A DNA stretch of 64,000 nt from Candidatus Bathyarchaeota archaeon (GCA_963733055.1 CAVTBR010000002.1:128001-192000); one strand, 5' to 3'. Counted from the stretch's first letter, positions 10,848-19,859 are shown. Numbers and translations: made by a program. The notes: a model not told the origin generated them from the sequence alone.

Positions 10848-12059
10848 ATGCGCGTCTACATGGCACCATGCGGAATCGGCCTAGGCCACATAACGCGATT
10901 GCACCCGATCGCGGAAGAACTCAATAAACGCGGAATCTCAACTGCCTTCTCCACATATCTAGATGGCTTAGATTATGCGAAGCACAATAGGCTGAATACC
11001 TTCGAAGCGGTTCCGCTAAACTTCCGGGTTACACCCGACGGAACAATAGATTTCAAGATGACGGCAGCAACCGCAGGCTTCTCTTTAGGAATCAGAACCT
11101 TTCTAAGGCAAGTCACACGGGAAATACAGTTTCTGAAGCAATTTAGGCCTGACGTGGTGGTTTCCGACTCCCGAGCCTCATCCCTCGTCGCAGCCCGCCT
11201 ACTCCGAATCCCAGTAGCCCTGGTCCTCAACCAATTCCGCGTAGAAATAATGAGACGCCCTACCGGACGAAAGTTGAGCTTGCATGATAGGTTGTTTTTC
11301 TTTATTGCAAATATTGGTTGGCTTTTCATTCGTACTGCGATTCAACTAGTCTGGGGCACTAGCCAAGTCATACTGATCCCAGACCTCCCCGCGCCGTACA
11401 CAATCTCACTCGGAAACTTGGCGATTCCTAATCGGTACAATGGAAAAGTGAAATTGATTGGGCCGACGATTGTGAGTCGTGATGGTTCTGCTAACGCGAA
11501 GAAACTAGCTAGACGCGTTCTCGGTTTCGACAATAGTGAGCCTGTAATCTACGGGGCGGTCAGCGGGCCGAAAATTGAGCGTGGAGTGTTAGCGCGAATA
11601 CTCCTGGAATCCTTTGAGCAGCTACCCCGCGGCCTCCAAATAGTACTCTCGCGTGGAGCCGCCAACGGCTCAAAGAAGAGTTACCGGGAAGGAGGTGTGA
11701 AGGTTTTCGATTGGTTGGAGAACCAAGATGATTTCATCAGTGCAAGCGATATCGTGGTGAGTAGGGCGGGCCACGGAACCATCATGAAGTCTCTCCTCTA
11801 CGGCAAACCCATGATTCTCATACCTATCCCAGACCATACGGAACAAATCGGCAACGCGAGCCGGGCCCTCCAACTCCACGTCGCTAGAGTGATCGACCAA
11901 AACGCATTGAACGGAGAAAACTTGGAATTGAACATCGAGGAGATCCTAAACTCTGAAGAGTATCGTACGAAGGCTGCAGAAATCAGCCGAATAGCCAAAT
12001 CCATGGATGCGATCCCCACAGCCTGCGACATTATCGAAAAACTAGGCAGTCGAAACTAA
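10848..12059 (+). CDS. GT-B glycosyltransferase (GT28/MurG-like)
   Basis: CGIGLGHITR, PDVVVSD, SRAGHGT and PDHTEQ motifs. Confidence 0.88.
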   Translation: MRVYMAPCGIGLGHITRLHPIAEELNKRGISTAFSTYLDGLDYAKHNRLNTFEAVPLNFRVTPDGTIDFKMTAATAGFSLGIRTFLRQVTREIQFLKQFRPDVVVSDSRASSLVAARLLRIPVALVLNQFRVEIMRRPTGRKLSLHDRLFFFIANIGWLFIRTAIQLVWGTSQVILIPDLPAPYTISLGNLAIPNRYNGKVKLIGPTIVSRDGSANAKKLARRVLGFDNSEPVIYGAVSGPKIERGVLARILLESFEQLPRGLQIVLSRGAANGSKKSYREGGVKVFDWLENQDDFISASDIVVSRAGHGTIMKSLLYGKPMILIPIPDHTEQIGNASRALQLHVARVIDQNALNGENLELNIEEILNSEEYRTKAAEISRIAKSMDAIPTACDIIEKLGSRN

Positions 12060-13168
12060 AACTTCAGTTCACGCACTAGATGGCCGAACTCCGTAGTGAA
12101 CCCAATATCCCTACCCTGGAGGTTCGACAGACTGTACTTCAATTCTTCATTGAGCATTAACTCATCGTTGCTCACCCTAGCTAGGCTAGATAACTCGGCT
12201 AGATCCTCCGCGTCTAAGCCCAACAAAGGGGAGAAGACGGGCAGCTCAGCTTTCGTCACAGTCGATGCTTCCAGGTTGCCAGATACGTCTCCAAGCACGA
12301 TCGCCTTGAACCTCTTTTCCTTTGCAAATCTCGCTGCAAGGGATCTAACCAATGGCTTCCACGCCCCTGTTAGGAGATGACTTCGATCGGAGTTTTTCTC
12401 AAGTAACTGGTCGATTTCTAGAGTGAACGCCTTGTGGTTTGGTCGTGTCACAAGCTGATCCAGCCGCCGTGCTAGCGCCAGCTGAGTTTGAGCCGCAAGT
12501 CCTTCTACTGTTCCTGAGGTTGGGATGAATAGCTCCACCACGCATCCCCGCCGCATCATCGCGTAAGCCGCAAGAACCGAAAGTGGACCAGAATCGAGGA
12601 CCGCGAGCATTTTCCATTGCGAAGATAATGGTAGTCCCCCAGGACCCGGCAGCCTTTCACAATACACGTAAGCGTCATCCCCCACCAGATCAACGTAGAA
12701 AGTTAGATCTGGATCATCTAGATCGACTGTAACACCCTGCTGTTTCATAGATTGCAGAACCTCCGCGCCGCCGTTTATCTCCACATCACGCCGTGAGATA
12801 TTGCCCGGGGTCGAGCGATGTGCGCGAACTGCGAACGATTGACCAGCTCCTAGGCGCTGTTCGGCCACGGCTCTGATCGTTCCGGTAACATCCGCGAGGG
12901 AGACATTCATGAGCAGTTGTGCTGGAGCCGCGTAAGCGACTCCGAATACACTACTACAGTGGATCGCAGGATTCCCCGGTCCCTTCGCGCCAATGACCAC
13001 CAGCCTCGCCGCATTCTTCTCGATCCTGAAACCATCGAAACCTGCACGCGTGAGCGCGAATTTCAAGTCGTCAATAAGGCGCTGCTCCAAAGTCCGCCTG
13101 ACCGGGTAACTCTTCAAGGTGAACTCTGCGGATGCAACCAGTACAACTGGTTGAGCGGCGCCGGGCAA
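12056..13168 (-). CDS. ThiI-like THUMP-domain protein with a degenerate PP-loop
   Basis: EFTLKS..R, THUMP (SFAVRAHR..VDLDDPD) and GPGGLP, but LDSGPLS replaces SGGxDS. Confidence 0.8.
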   Translation of the reverse strand: MPGAAQPVVLVASAEFTLKSYPVRRTLEQRLIDDLKFALTRAGFDGFRIEKNAARLVVIGAKGPGNPAIHCSSVFGVAYAAPAQLLMNVSLADVTGTIRAVAEQRLGAGQSFAVRAHRSTPGNISRRDVEINGGAEVLQSMKQQGVTVDLDDPDLTFYVDLVGDDAYVYCERLPGPGGLPLSSQWKMLAVLDSGPLSVLAAYAMMRRGCVVELFIPTSGTVEGLAAQTQLALARRLDQLVTRPNHKAFTLEIDQLLEKNSDRSHLLTGAWKPLVRSLAARFAKEKRFKAIVLGDVSGNLEASTVTKAELPVFSPLLGLDAEDLAELSSLARVSNDELMLNEELKYSLSNLQGRDIGFTTEFGHLVRELKF

Positions 13169-13219
13169 CTGGAACTCCCTATGGAGGGATTGGGGATGGG
13201 GCTACATTAGGATGGGTAA

Positions 13220-13276
13220 GGAAGAGAAAAGCAGGGTGTCATACAGGGTATGACACATTACGGGTGTCTTACACCC
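13220..13276 (-). terminator. Tandem hairpins and pyrimidine tract after the thermosome gene
   Basis: GTGTCATAC-agg-GTATGACAC (13236-13256, 9-bp stem) and GGGTGT-ctt-ACACCC (13262-13276), followed on - by CTTTTCTCTTCC. Confidence 0.6.
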
Positions 13277-13294
13277 CAGGTGTTGGGTGCTGTT

Positions 13295-14959
13295 TTAGTA
13301 GTCTTCTCCGCCCGGCATTCCGCCCATGCCGCCTGGTCCACCTGGGGGCATTCCGCCTGGTGGTCCGCCGCCTTTGCCTCCCTTGGAGGCTACTACGTCG
13401 TCGATTCGGAGAATCATTGATGCGGCTTCAGTGGCAGACTTCACTACCTGTAGCTTCACTCGAAGAGGCTCTAGGACATTTATGGTTCGCATGTCCCTGA
13501 CCTTTCCTGAAAACACGTTTACACCGAACCATCGGTTTGCAGGGTCTTCGTGCTTGGCGCGTAGTTCGACCATGATGTCGATTGGGTCTAGGCCGGCGTT
13601 TTCCGCGAGTGCGAGTGGAATGCTCTCCATGGCGTCGGCGAAAGCCTCGATGGCCAATTGCTCACGTCCGCCCACCTTGACGGCATATTCTCTAAGTTGC
13701 TTCGACGTCTCTGCTTCAGGCGCACCGCCGCCGGCAACCATCTTGCCATCCTCGATAGCGTCACGGACAACGCACAGCGCGTCATGTAGCGATCTGTCGG
13801 CTTCGTCTACGACGTGTTCTGTTCCGCCCCGTATCACGACGGTGACGGCCATCGGGTTTTTGGCGTCGCGTACGTAGGTTAGTTTGTCGTCGCCGATTTT
13901 TGTTTCTTCGATGAGCTTTGCCTCTCCGAGAGATGCTGAGTCTAGGTCTTTGACGCTGGCGACGATCTTGGCTCCGGTTGCTTTGGCGAGCTTCTCCATA
14001 TCCCCGCTGCTCATGTTCTTGACCGCGGAGATCCCTTTCTTGGATAGGAAGTGTAGGGCTATGTCGTCGATTGATTTTTCGCAGAAGACGAAGTTAGTGC
14101 CGCTCTTGACGACATCGTCAACCATTTCTTTGAGCATTCTTTCCTCTTCGTCGAGGAACATTTTCATTTGGTCTGGGCTGTTGATGTTGATTTTTGCGTC
14201 GAACTCGGTCTTCTCTATTTCGAGTTTGGCGTTTAGGAGTGCGATCTTGGCGTTGTCGATGCGTTTTGGCATCTGCGGGTGAGCAATCTCCTTGTCCACC
14301 ACGATGCCACGTACGAGTTCCGTTTCTTCAAGGCTCCTGCCGTGTTTCTTGAGCACCTTGACGAGGTCTACGTCGACCTTTGTCTTGCCGTCCCTTGTCT
14401 CCTTGACAAGGAGAGCTGCATCGACTGCAATCTTGGCTAGGTGGTCCTTTGCGCCGGTAACGCCCTTCGTGCTCATGGCGGTCATGGCGATTTTTCCGAG
14501 GGTGTCGGCGTCGTTGGGGTCTATTTTTTCGCTCAGGCTGTCGAGAATTTCCCGGGCCTTATCAGCCGCCTTCCGGTACCCTTCAACGATAACGGTTGGG
14601 TGAACATCCTTGTCGAGAAGCGCCTCCGCCTTGTCCAATAATTCGCCAGTTAGAATTACTGCGGTAGTAGTTCCGTCGCCCACTTCGTTGTCTTGCGTCT
14701 TGGCGACTTCGACAAGCATCTTAGCCGCAGGATGCTGAACATCCAGTTCCTTCATGATCGTGGCGCCGTCGTTCGTGATCACCACGTCCCCTATCGTACT
14801 GACAAGCATCTTGTCCATACCCCGTGGGCCGAGTGTAGTTTTAACGGTCTCGGCAACAACCTTCGCCGCAAGTATGTTATTGCGTTGCGCATCCTTGCCG
14901 GTAGATCGTTGAGTTCCTTCCTTCAAAATTACTACGGGAATTGACTGTTGGTTAGACAT
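13295..14959 (-). CDS. ths: Thermosome (group II chaperonin) subunit
   Basis: [30 protein letters not shown] and a GGM-rich tail. Confidence 0.97.
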   Translation of the reverse strand: MSNQQSIPVVILKEGTQRSTGKDAQRNNILAAKVVAETVKTTLGPRGMDKMLVSTIGDVVITNDGATIMKELDVQHPAAKMLVEVAKTQDNEVGDGTTTAVILTGELLDKAEALLDKDVHPTVIVEGYRKAADKAREILDSLSEKIDPNDADTLGKIAMTAMSTKGVTGAKDHLAKIAVDAALLVKETRDGKTKVDVDLVKVLKKHGRSLEETELVRGIVVDKEIAHPQMPKRIDNAKIALLNAKLEIEKTEFDAKININSPDQMKMFLDEEERMLKEMVDDVVKSGTNFVFCEKSIDDIALHFLSKKGISAVKNMSSGDMEKLAKATGAKIVASVKDLDSASLGEAKLIEETKIGDDKLTYVRDAKNPMAVTVVIRGGTEHVVDEADRSLHDALCVVRDAIEDGKMVAGGGAPEAETSKQLREYAVKVGGREQLAIEAFADAMESIPLALAENAGLDPIDIMVELRAKHEDPANRWFGVNVFSGKVRDMRTINVLEPLRVKLQVVKSATEAASMILRIDDVVASKGGKGGGPPGGMPPGGPGGMGGMPGGEDY

Positions 14960-14997
14960 GTGAAACAATCACTTTTGTTACTGCAGGTAAAAAATCC

Positions 14998-15014
14998 TAT
15001 ATAAAAATTTCGGG
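14998..15014 (-). promoter_or_regulatory. BRE-TATA promoter of the thermosome gene
   Basis: Minus strand CCCGAAA-TTTTTATATA about 40 nt upstream of the ATG. Confidence 0.75.
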
Positions 15015-15131
15015 CGCGGGTTGTGTTGCGTCCTTGGGACATGTTGGGACGCTCAAAGGGGTGTTGCGAGGCGGGACACGACAGCCATCTCTTATACTCA
15101 AGTCACAGAGCAAAGGCGCGGTTGACGACAC

Positions 15132-15989
15132 TTGGATTTTGACCTCAGAAGTAGCCTCGTCGGCACCATTCCAACCTACATTGTTTGGAAGGTGCTAGAT
15201 TATTTGTGGCCTTGGTTTCTGTCGAATGTTCCAAGTCTATCGGGCGTGAACCCGAGTCTTCAAAGTTTCCTAAATCTAGTCATATCTTTCCTCGTCGTAT
15301 TCGGCCTATTCACACTTGTAACCATGAAGCGCGGCTCAACTGAGGGTCTGCGTGCTCACTTGTTCTTTCCAAAAGGAACACAAGAAAACAACAAAACCCC
15401 TGATTATCACGAATCCCATCTCAACCATCGGCTCATAGTCAACCACAAAACATCTCCGCCAATCGCCTACATACTATCACCCGGCTCTTACGGTTGGTCG
15501 CTCGTCAAGAAGCACAAAGGAATGTTAGTCAATGAAACCGATTCTGACCCAGATGACCCGAAGTTCTCGCAGGAATGGTGCAAGGAAAGGGACTATGTTC
15601 TAAGTCCAGAAGTTCCAGAGCGTAAATATCTGCTGTTCAGAGGGCGAATCACTAAGCGGCATAGTCTTGACCCTAAGTACAAGCATATGCGGTACGAGGG
15701 TTTCTTTCCATTCTATTGCTATGTGCTTCCGATGATGATTAAAGGTGTGCCACATAGACGCATATTGATGAATGTTGCCACCAAGAAGGCGTTTCCGATG
15801 GACGCCGAACAATGGTATTGGGCAATTAGCGGTAGGATTGACGGACATATGGGGATAGCCAGTCCAAGGCTTCACCATGCACAGAAGTGGGCGGAAGAGC
15901 AGAAGCCGCCTTTCAAATGGGTACAATTTCCAAAGAAAGACGAAGTGTTCTCCAAGAAGACCGAGAACGGGGCGAACATTGAGAAATGA
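15132..15989 (+). CDS. Hypothetical protein with N-terminal hydrophobic helices (element cargo)
   Basis: 285-aa ORF inside the TIRs; one or two TM-like segments then an unrecognised soluble domain. Confidence 0.7.
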   Translation: MDFDLRSSLVGTIPTYIVWKVLDYLWPWFLSNVPSLSGVNPSLQSFLNLVISFLVVFGLFTLVTMKRGSTEGLRAHLFFPKGTQENNKTPDYHESHLNHRLIVNHKTSPPIAYILSPGSYGWSLVKKHKGMLVNETDSDPDDPKFSQEWCKERDYVLSPEVPERKYLLFRGRITKRHSLDPKYKHMRYEGFFPFYCYVLPMMIKGVPHRRILMNVATKKAFPMDAEQWYWAISGRIDGHMGIASPRLHHAQKWAEEQKPPFKWVQFPKKDEVFSKKTENGANIEK

Positions 15990-16002
15990 GAGAGTTACGC
16001 TA

Positions 16003-16149
16003 TTATCTAGACTTGAAGTATTCTCCGAGGACGGCTCTCACTGCTTCCGGTATTGATTCAAGCTTCCTTGCCTTCCGTTCCTGTTCTAGTGCTTTTACCA
16101 TGTCGTCGGACATGGCGACCATTATTTTGTTCATTGCCAAGTTGGACAC
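16003..16149 (-). CDS. Ribbon-helix-helix (CopG-like) small regulator, 48 aa, not in the ORF track
   Basis: Manual translation MSNLAMNKIMVAMSDDMVKALEQERKARKLESIPEAVRAVLGEYFKSR: alternating beta strand KIMVAM then two helices; divergent from the transposase. Confidence 0.8.
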   Translation of the reverse strand: MSNLAMNKIMVAMSDDMVKALEQERKARKLESIPEAVRAVLGEYFKSR

Positions 16150-16211
16150 GCTACCATTGTATAGCGATAGCAACCTTTATAGCTTTTGGCTGTGTATTGC
16201 TATGTGTAGCG
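16149..16211. promoter_or_regulatory. Divergent promoter/operator between the RHH and transposase genes
   Basis: Central TTTATA (16176-16181) flanked by inverted pairs ATAGCAA/TTGCTAT (16167/16197) and CGCTAC/GTAGCG (16149/16206). Confidence 0.6.
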
Positions 16212-16219
16212 ATTGGAAC

Positions 16220-17368
16220 ATGGCAACTGTCACAATAACCCGTGAAGAACGGGGAAGAATGATTGCCCAACAACCAAATCAGATTCAGCGGTTAGATGAA
16301 CGTGCGTACAAAGTGGCTTCCCAGTCAAGGGATTGCAGTTATGATGTGGTCAGAAGTGAGAAGTTCGCAATGCGTTGGATATGCAACTGCCCCGACTGGA
16401 CCCATCGCCAAGTCAAATGCAAGCACATCTGGGCGGTTGAGTTCTCACTAGCTTTGAGGAACAAAGTCAAGCAGAGCGTCGTGATTGAGCCACTTAGTCC
16501 TAGCGTTTGCCTCTACTGCGCGGGAACTAAGCTAGTTCGACATGGCCTAAGACACAACAAGTACGGAAACCTACAACGCTTCTCATGCCGAAGTTGTGGT
16601 AAGCGGTTCTCGCAGAACTTGGGCTTCGAGGGCATGAAAGCGAATCCGCAATCAATCACTTCTGCTATGCAACTCTACTTCACGGGAGAATCACTGCGGA
16701 ATGTTCAGAAGTTTCTAAGGTTGCAAGGCGTTGAAGTTCACCATACGACTGTTTATCGTTGGATTGAGAAGTACACGGAAATTATGGAACGCTACTTAGA
16801 ACAAATGCAACCCCAAGTCGGCAACACATGGCGAGCAGACGAATTATTCCTCAAGGTCAAGGGCAACATGAAGTACCTTTACGCTCTCATGGACGATGAA
16901 ACACGGTTCTGGATTGCGAAAGAAGTTTCCGACACCAAGTATCATGCTGACGTTCACGACTTATTCAAGCAAGGTCGAGTGATAACGGGCAAAGCCCCGT
17001 CCCACATCATAACGGATGGTGCACCGAACTTTCACGCAGGGATTGAAGCTGAGTTCTACCGCGAGAAGAAACAGCTTGCGTTAGCGCATGAGCGTGATAT
17101 TCGGTTTGGTGGGGAGATTCACAACAATAAGATGGAACGCATGAACGGGGAGATTCGGGATAGGGAGAAGGTGGTTAGGGGCGTTAAGAAGTCTGATAGC
17201 CCACTGATTGCAGGGCTTCAAATCTACCACAACTACGTTAGGCCACATATGGGGCTAGATGGTAAAACTCCAGCCGACTTAGCGGGTATCGATGTGCGGG
17301 GAGAGAACAAGTGGGTTACGATAATTCAGAATGCTCGCAAGAGGGATGATTCATGTTCTCAAAAGTAG
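16220..17368 (+). CDS. IS6-family DDE transposase with N-terminal SWIM finger and Zn ribbon
   Basis: SWIM CNC-x9-CKH; CLYC..CRSC ribbon; HTH (SLRNV..HTTVYRW); DDE triad WRADE / IITDG / NNKMER; YHNYVRPH..GKTPA. Confidence 0.93.
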   Translation: MATVTITREERGRMIAQQPNQIQRLDERAYKVASQSRDCSYDVVRSEKFAMRWICNCPDWTHRQVKCKHIWAVEFSLALRNKVKQSVVIEPLSPSVCLYCAGTKLVRHGLRHNKYGNLQRFSCRSCGKRFSQNLGFEGMKANPQSITSAMQLYFTGESLRNVQKFLRLQGVEVHHTTVYRWIEKYTEIMERYLEQMQPQVGNTWRADELFLKVKGNMKYLYALMDDETRFWIAKEVSDTKYHADVHDLFKQGRVITGKAPSHIITDGAPNFHAGIEAEFYREKKQLALAHERDIRFGGEIHNNKMERMNGEIRDREKVVRGVKKSDSPLIAGLQIYHNYVRPHMGLDGKTPADLAGIDVRGENKWVTIIQNARKRDDSCSQK

Positions 17369-17634
17369 CGCGACAGGATGCGTTTAACCCCGAGCCTTGG
17401 GTGGACACAAAGCAAGAACCTAATCCATCAATGCTGATTTTGGCTTGGGGCGTATTCCTCTTGATTGTTGGGTTCATTTTGCTTCTTGTTTCGGCTGTGT
17501 ACGGTAGCACAATCGGGATTCTTGGGCTTGCATCGATGGTATTGGGCTTGTTAGTGGCTATTTACGGAGTAAGGACGTTTCGTCACCCTGTCCCGAAAAG
17601 CAACACGAAAACCGAGGAAAATGGTGTCCCATGA
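17353..17634 (+). CDS. Small two-TM membrane protein (element cargo)
   Basis: Two hydrophobic helices; the stop codon lies within the right TIR. Confidence 0.6.
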   Translation: MFSKVARQDAFNPEPWVDTKQEPNPSMLILAWGVFLLIVGFILLLVSAVYGSTIGILGLASMVLGLLVAIYGVRTFRHPVPKSNTKTEENGVP

Positions 17635-17655
17635 ACGCAACAGTACCCGGGCGCG

Positions 17656-17704
17656 GGTTCTGTTACCTTGTAGGGGCTTGTTTTGTGGTGTTACCTGTCG
17701 GGAC
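17656..17704 (+). mobile_element. Left end (relic) of a second, related IS6-type element
   Basis: GGTTCTGTTACCTTGTAGGGGCTTGTT matches the first element's left end 19/27; internal GGTGTTACCTGTCGGGAC matches its subterminal repeat GGTGTTGCGAGGCGGGAC 14/18. Confidence 0.6.
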
Positions 17705-17710
17705 TTTAGG

Positions 17711-18463
17711 TTAGTCTCGGGTTTTGTGTCTGATAACACCGTAGGCGAGTACCGTAAGGATTGCAAGTAAGGGCAACCCGTAGGGATATTCAGGTATAAC
17801 TGCTCCGCATGCCGCGCCACCATTCATGACGGGGTTTCCGGTGACGGTGCCGATTATAGTGCCACCGCAGTTGGTGATTGTGCCAGAGTTCTGGATTGAT
17901 TTTCCTGCAACAACGGATATGGTGCCGAAGTTCACGATGGTGCCAGAGTTAATGAGGTTGCCAGTGCCCGGTGCGAGTGTTCCACCGCTTTTGACTGTGA
18001 TGCTTCCAGAATTAGTTATGTCACCTGTTCCGCTGGTGAATGATCCTCCGTTGTTGACAGTGACACTTCCACCGTTACTTATTCCAGTGTCGCCAAAGAT
18101 AAGGCCAGAAGGTCCAGTAATAGTGACAACGCCGCCAACACCAATGCCAATAACGGTACTAAAAGTGAGATCACACGAGTTACAGACTACTGTTCCTCCA
18201 ACCGTGAGGCTCCTTGCAATTTGTGACGTACTTGCCGTGGCGGTATCCCCCGAAGGAACGGCAGCATCATCTAAAGCAAAAAGCGTCGGCACATGGCCGC
18301 AACTCCAGTTGGCTGCTGTCTCCCAAGTACCGCTGCTTACCTGAAAGGTGCAAGTGCCTGCATGAGCTTGTGGGATTGGAACGAGAACTACAGCTGCCAG
18401 ATACAAAATAGCCACAAAAGCAATTGTCGTCGGCTTTAACCATCGATTTTGCAACGTAATCAA
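17711..18463 (-). CDS. Secreted beta-helix-like repeat protein with PEF-CTERM-type (PEY) anchor
   Basis: Signal peptide ending AHA; WETAANWS..VP; roughly 20-aa Gly/Thr/Asn repeats (I.NSG.I.V); C-terminal IPEYP + TM + basic tail. Confidence 0.8.
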   Translation of the reverse strand: MITLQNRWLKPTTIAFVAILYLAAVVLVPIPQAHAGTCTFQVSSGTWETAANWSCGHVPTLFALDDAAVPSGDTATASTSQIARSLTVGGTVVCNSCDLTFSTVIGIGVGGVVTITGPSGLIFGDTGISNGGSVTVNNGGSFTSGTGDITNSGSITVKSGGTLAPGTGNLINSGTIVNFGTISVVAGKSIQNSGTITNCGGTIIGTVTGNPVMNGGAACGAVIPEYPYGLPLLAILTVLAYGVIRHKTRD

Positions 18464-18700
18464 TCAGCAAGTGAGCACCAGTGTTCATTCATTATATAAT
18501 ACATATTGCGGGAAAGGGAGAGTTACAGTAACGTTTCGATTAAGAAACACTCAATACCTATACCTACTTTTCTTAGCACTCGCATTCTGAATCAGAGTCA
18601 ACCACTTATCCTCTCCCTCGACTTCGATTCCCGCCAAGTCTGCGGTGAACCGTTAAGAAGGAATTTTGTTGCCACCACTGCGGGCCAGGCATTGAGGCTC

Positions 18701-19609
18701 TTATTGCTGCTCTATTCTGCGATAGAGTTGGAGCGCTTCGGTCAGCCGCTTGCGCGATTCGGGGCTGTAGGGCTCGCATTGAAACATGATATGCTGCACG
18801 CCGAGTTCCGCATACCCACGCATTGCCGCCGCAATCTCCTCCACCGTACCCGTCAGGGGATTGTCGAAGAACTTCGGTTTCTTTTCTTGGAGGTCGGGGA
18901 ACCAGAGGCCGATGAGCGCCGTGATTCCAATCGTCGCCGGGTCGCGTCCGACCTCGCGGCATGCGGCTTCGATTTTGGCGAACCGTTCGGACATTGTTTC
19001 AGGTTTGCCCATATAGCCAGTGTTCCAGAGGTCGGCATACTGTGCGGTCAGCTTGAGCATGCGCGGACCTTCGCTTCCCACCAACAACGGCGGCCCCTCT
19101 GACCGCGGGCCGCGCGGCACGTTATCGCAGTTTCGCGCTTGGTAATACTGTCCCGCGAAATCGACATGCCCTTCACGCAGCAGTGGCTTGAGGATCTGCA
19201 ATGCTTCTTCGAACCGGTCCACGCGACGATCGAAGGGCAACCCGAACGCCTGATACTCCGGCTCGTTCCATCCCGCGCCAACACCAAGGACCAAGCGCCC
19301 GTGGCTCACCTCATCGACGGTCGTCGCCATTTTCGCCAGGAGCGCCGGATTGCGGAAGGAACTGCACGTCACCATGGTGCCGATCTCCACGCGGTGTGTC
19401 GCTTCGGCCAGCGCCGCCAGCATCGTCCAGCACTCCCAAACTCCCCTGGTCGGCTCACCAGGATTGCGATAGAGGAAGTGGTCAGCGAGCCAGATGCTGT
19501 CAAAGCCATCCGTCTCCGCCTGTTGCACGACTGAGCGGATCGAATCATAAGGACGCTTGCTGTTATTTTCACGGTCGTTCGCCGTAAAGACCATCAGCCC
19601 AATCTTCAC
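18701..19609 (-). CDS. LLM-class flavin/F420-dependent oxidoreductase
   Basis: GFDSIWLADH, RNPALLAKMA, GRLVLGVGAGW..EY. GTG start at 19609; visibly GC-richer than its neighbours. Confidence 0.92.
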   Translation of the reverse strand: MKIGLMVFTANDRENNSKRPYDSIRSVVQQAETDGFDSIWLADHFLYRNPGEPTRGVWECWTMLAALAEATHRVEIGTMVTCSSFRNPALLAKMATTVDEVSHGRLVLGVGAGWNEPEYQAFGLPFDRRVDRFEEALQILKPLLREGHVDFAGQYYQARNCDNVPRGPRSEGPPLLVGSEGPRMLKLTAQYADLWNTGYMGKPETMSERFAKIEAACREVGRDPATIGITALIGLWFPDLQEKKPKFFDNPLTGTVEEIAAAMRGYAELGVQHIMFQCEPYSPESRKRLTEALQLYRRIEQQ

Positions 19610-19859
19610 TTCTTGCTCACTCGAACCTTCTCTTTGGGCATCGGTGCTCTCGCACGGAACCTTCAAACCTGAACCCACGATCGGCAAATCCACGAGGCCG
19701 CCTTTTTAAGCGATGAAGGGGCAACCGTGCTAGTTATCTGCTAAACGCGCCAGCAGCGCGCAACGGTGTCTAGACACTTGGCTCGAGCGTGAATCTAAGC
19801 CTGATTAGAGGAGAAGAAAATATGATGGGTGGGAATGCTCCGCATGCCTTTCCGGGAGA

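Larger units (their letters stand above)
15019..17647 (+). mobile_element. IS6-family cargo-carrying element, 2,629 bp
   Basis: TIRs GGTTGTGTTGCGTCCTTGGGACA (15019-15041) and reverse complement GGTACTGTTGCGTTCATGGGACA (17625-17647) match 19/23. Perfect 8-bp direct repeat CGGGCGCG at 15011-15018 and 17648-17655; internal IS6-type transposase. Confidence 0.9.

Noticed and set aside
13326-14603. Long plus-strand ORFs opposite the thermosome gene (and similar shadows opposite other genes)
   Set aside because: Antisense shadows of strongly conserved genes, with Ser/Pro-rich uninformative translations.
15986-16219. 78-aa N-terminal extension of the transposase in the ORF track
   Set aside because: It is the antisense of the RHH gene plus the promoter spacer; the real start is the ATG at 16220.
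19756-19775. GCGCAACGGTGTC as an IS6-like right TIR closing the island
   Set aside because: Weak match, lacks the terminal CC and the GGGAC submotif, and no TSD.
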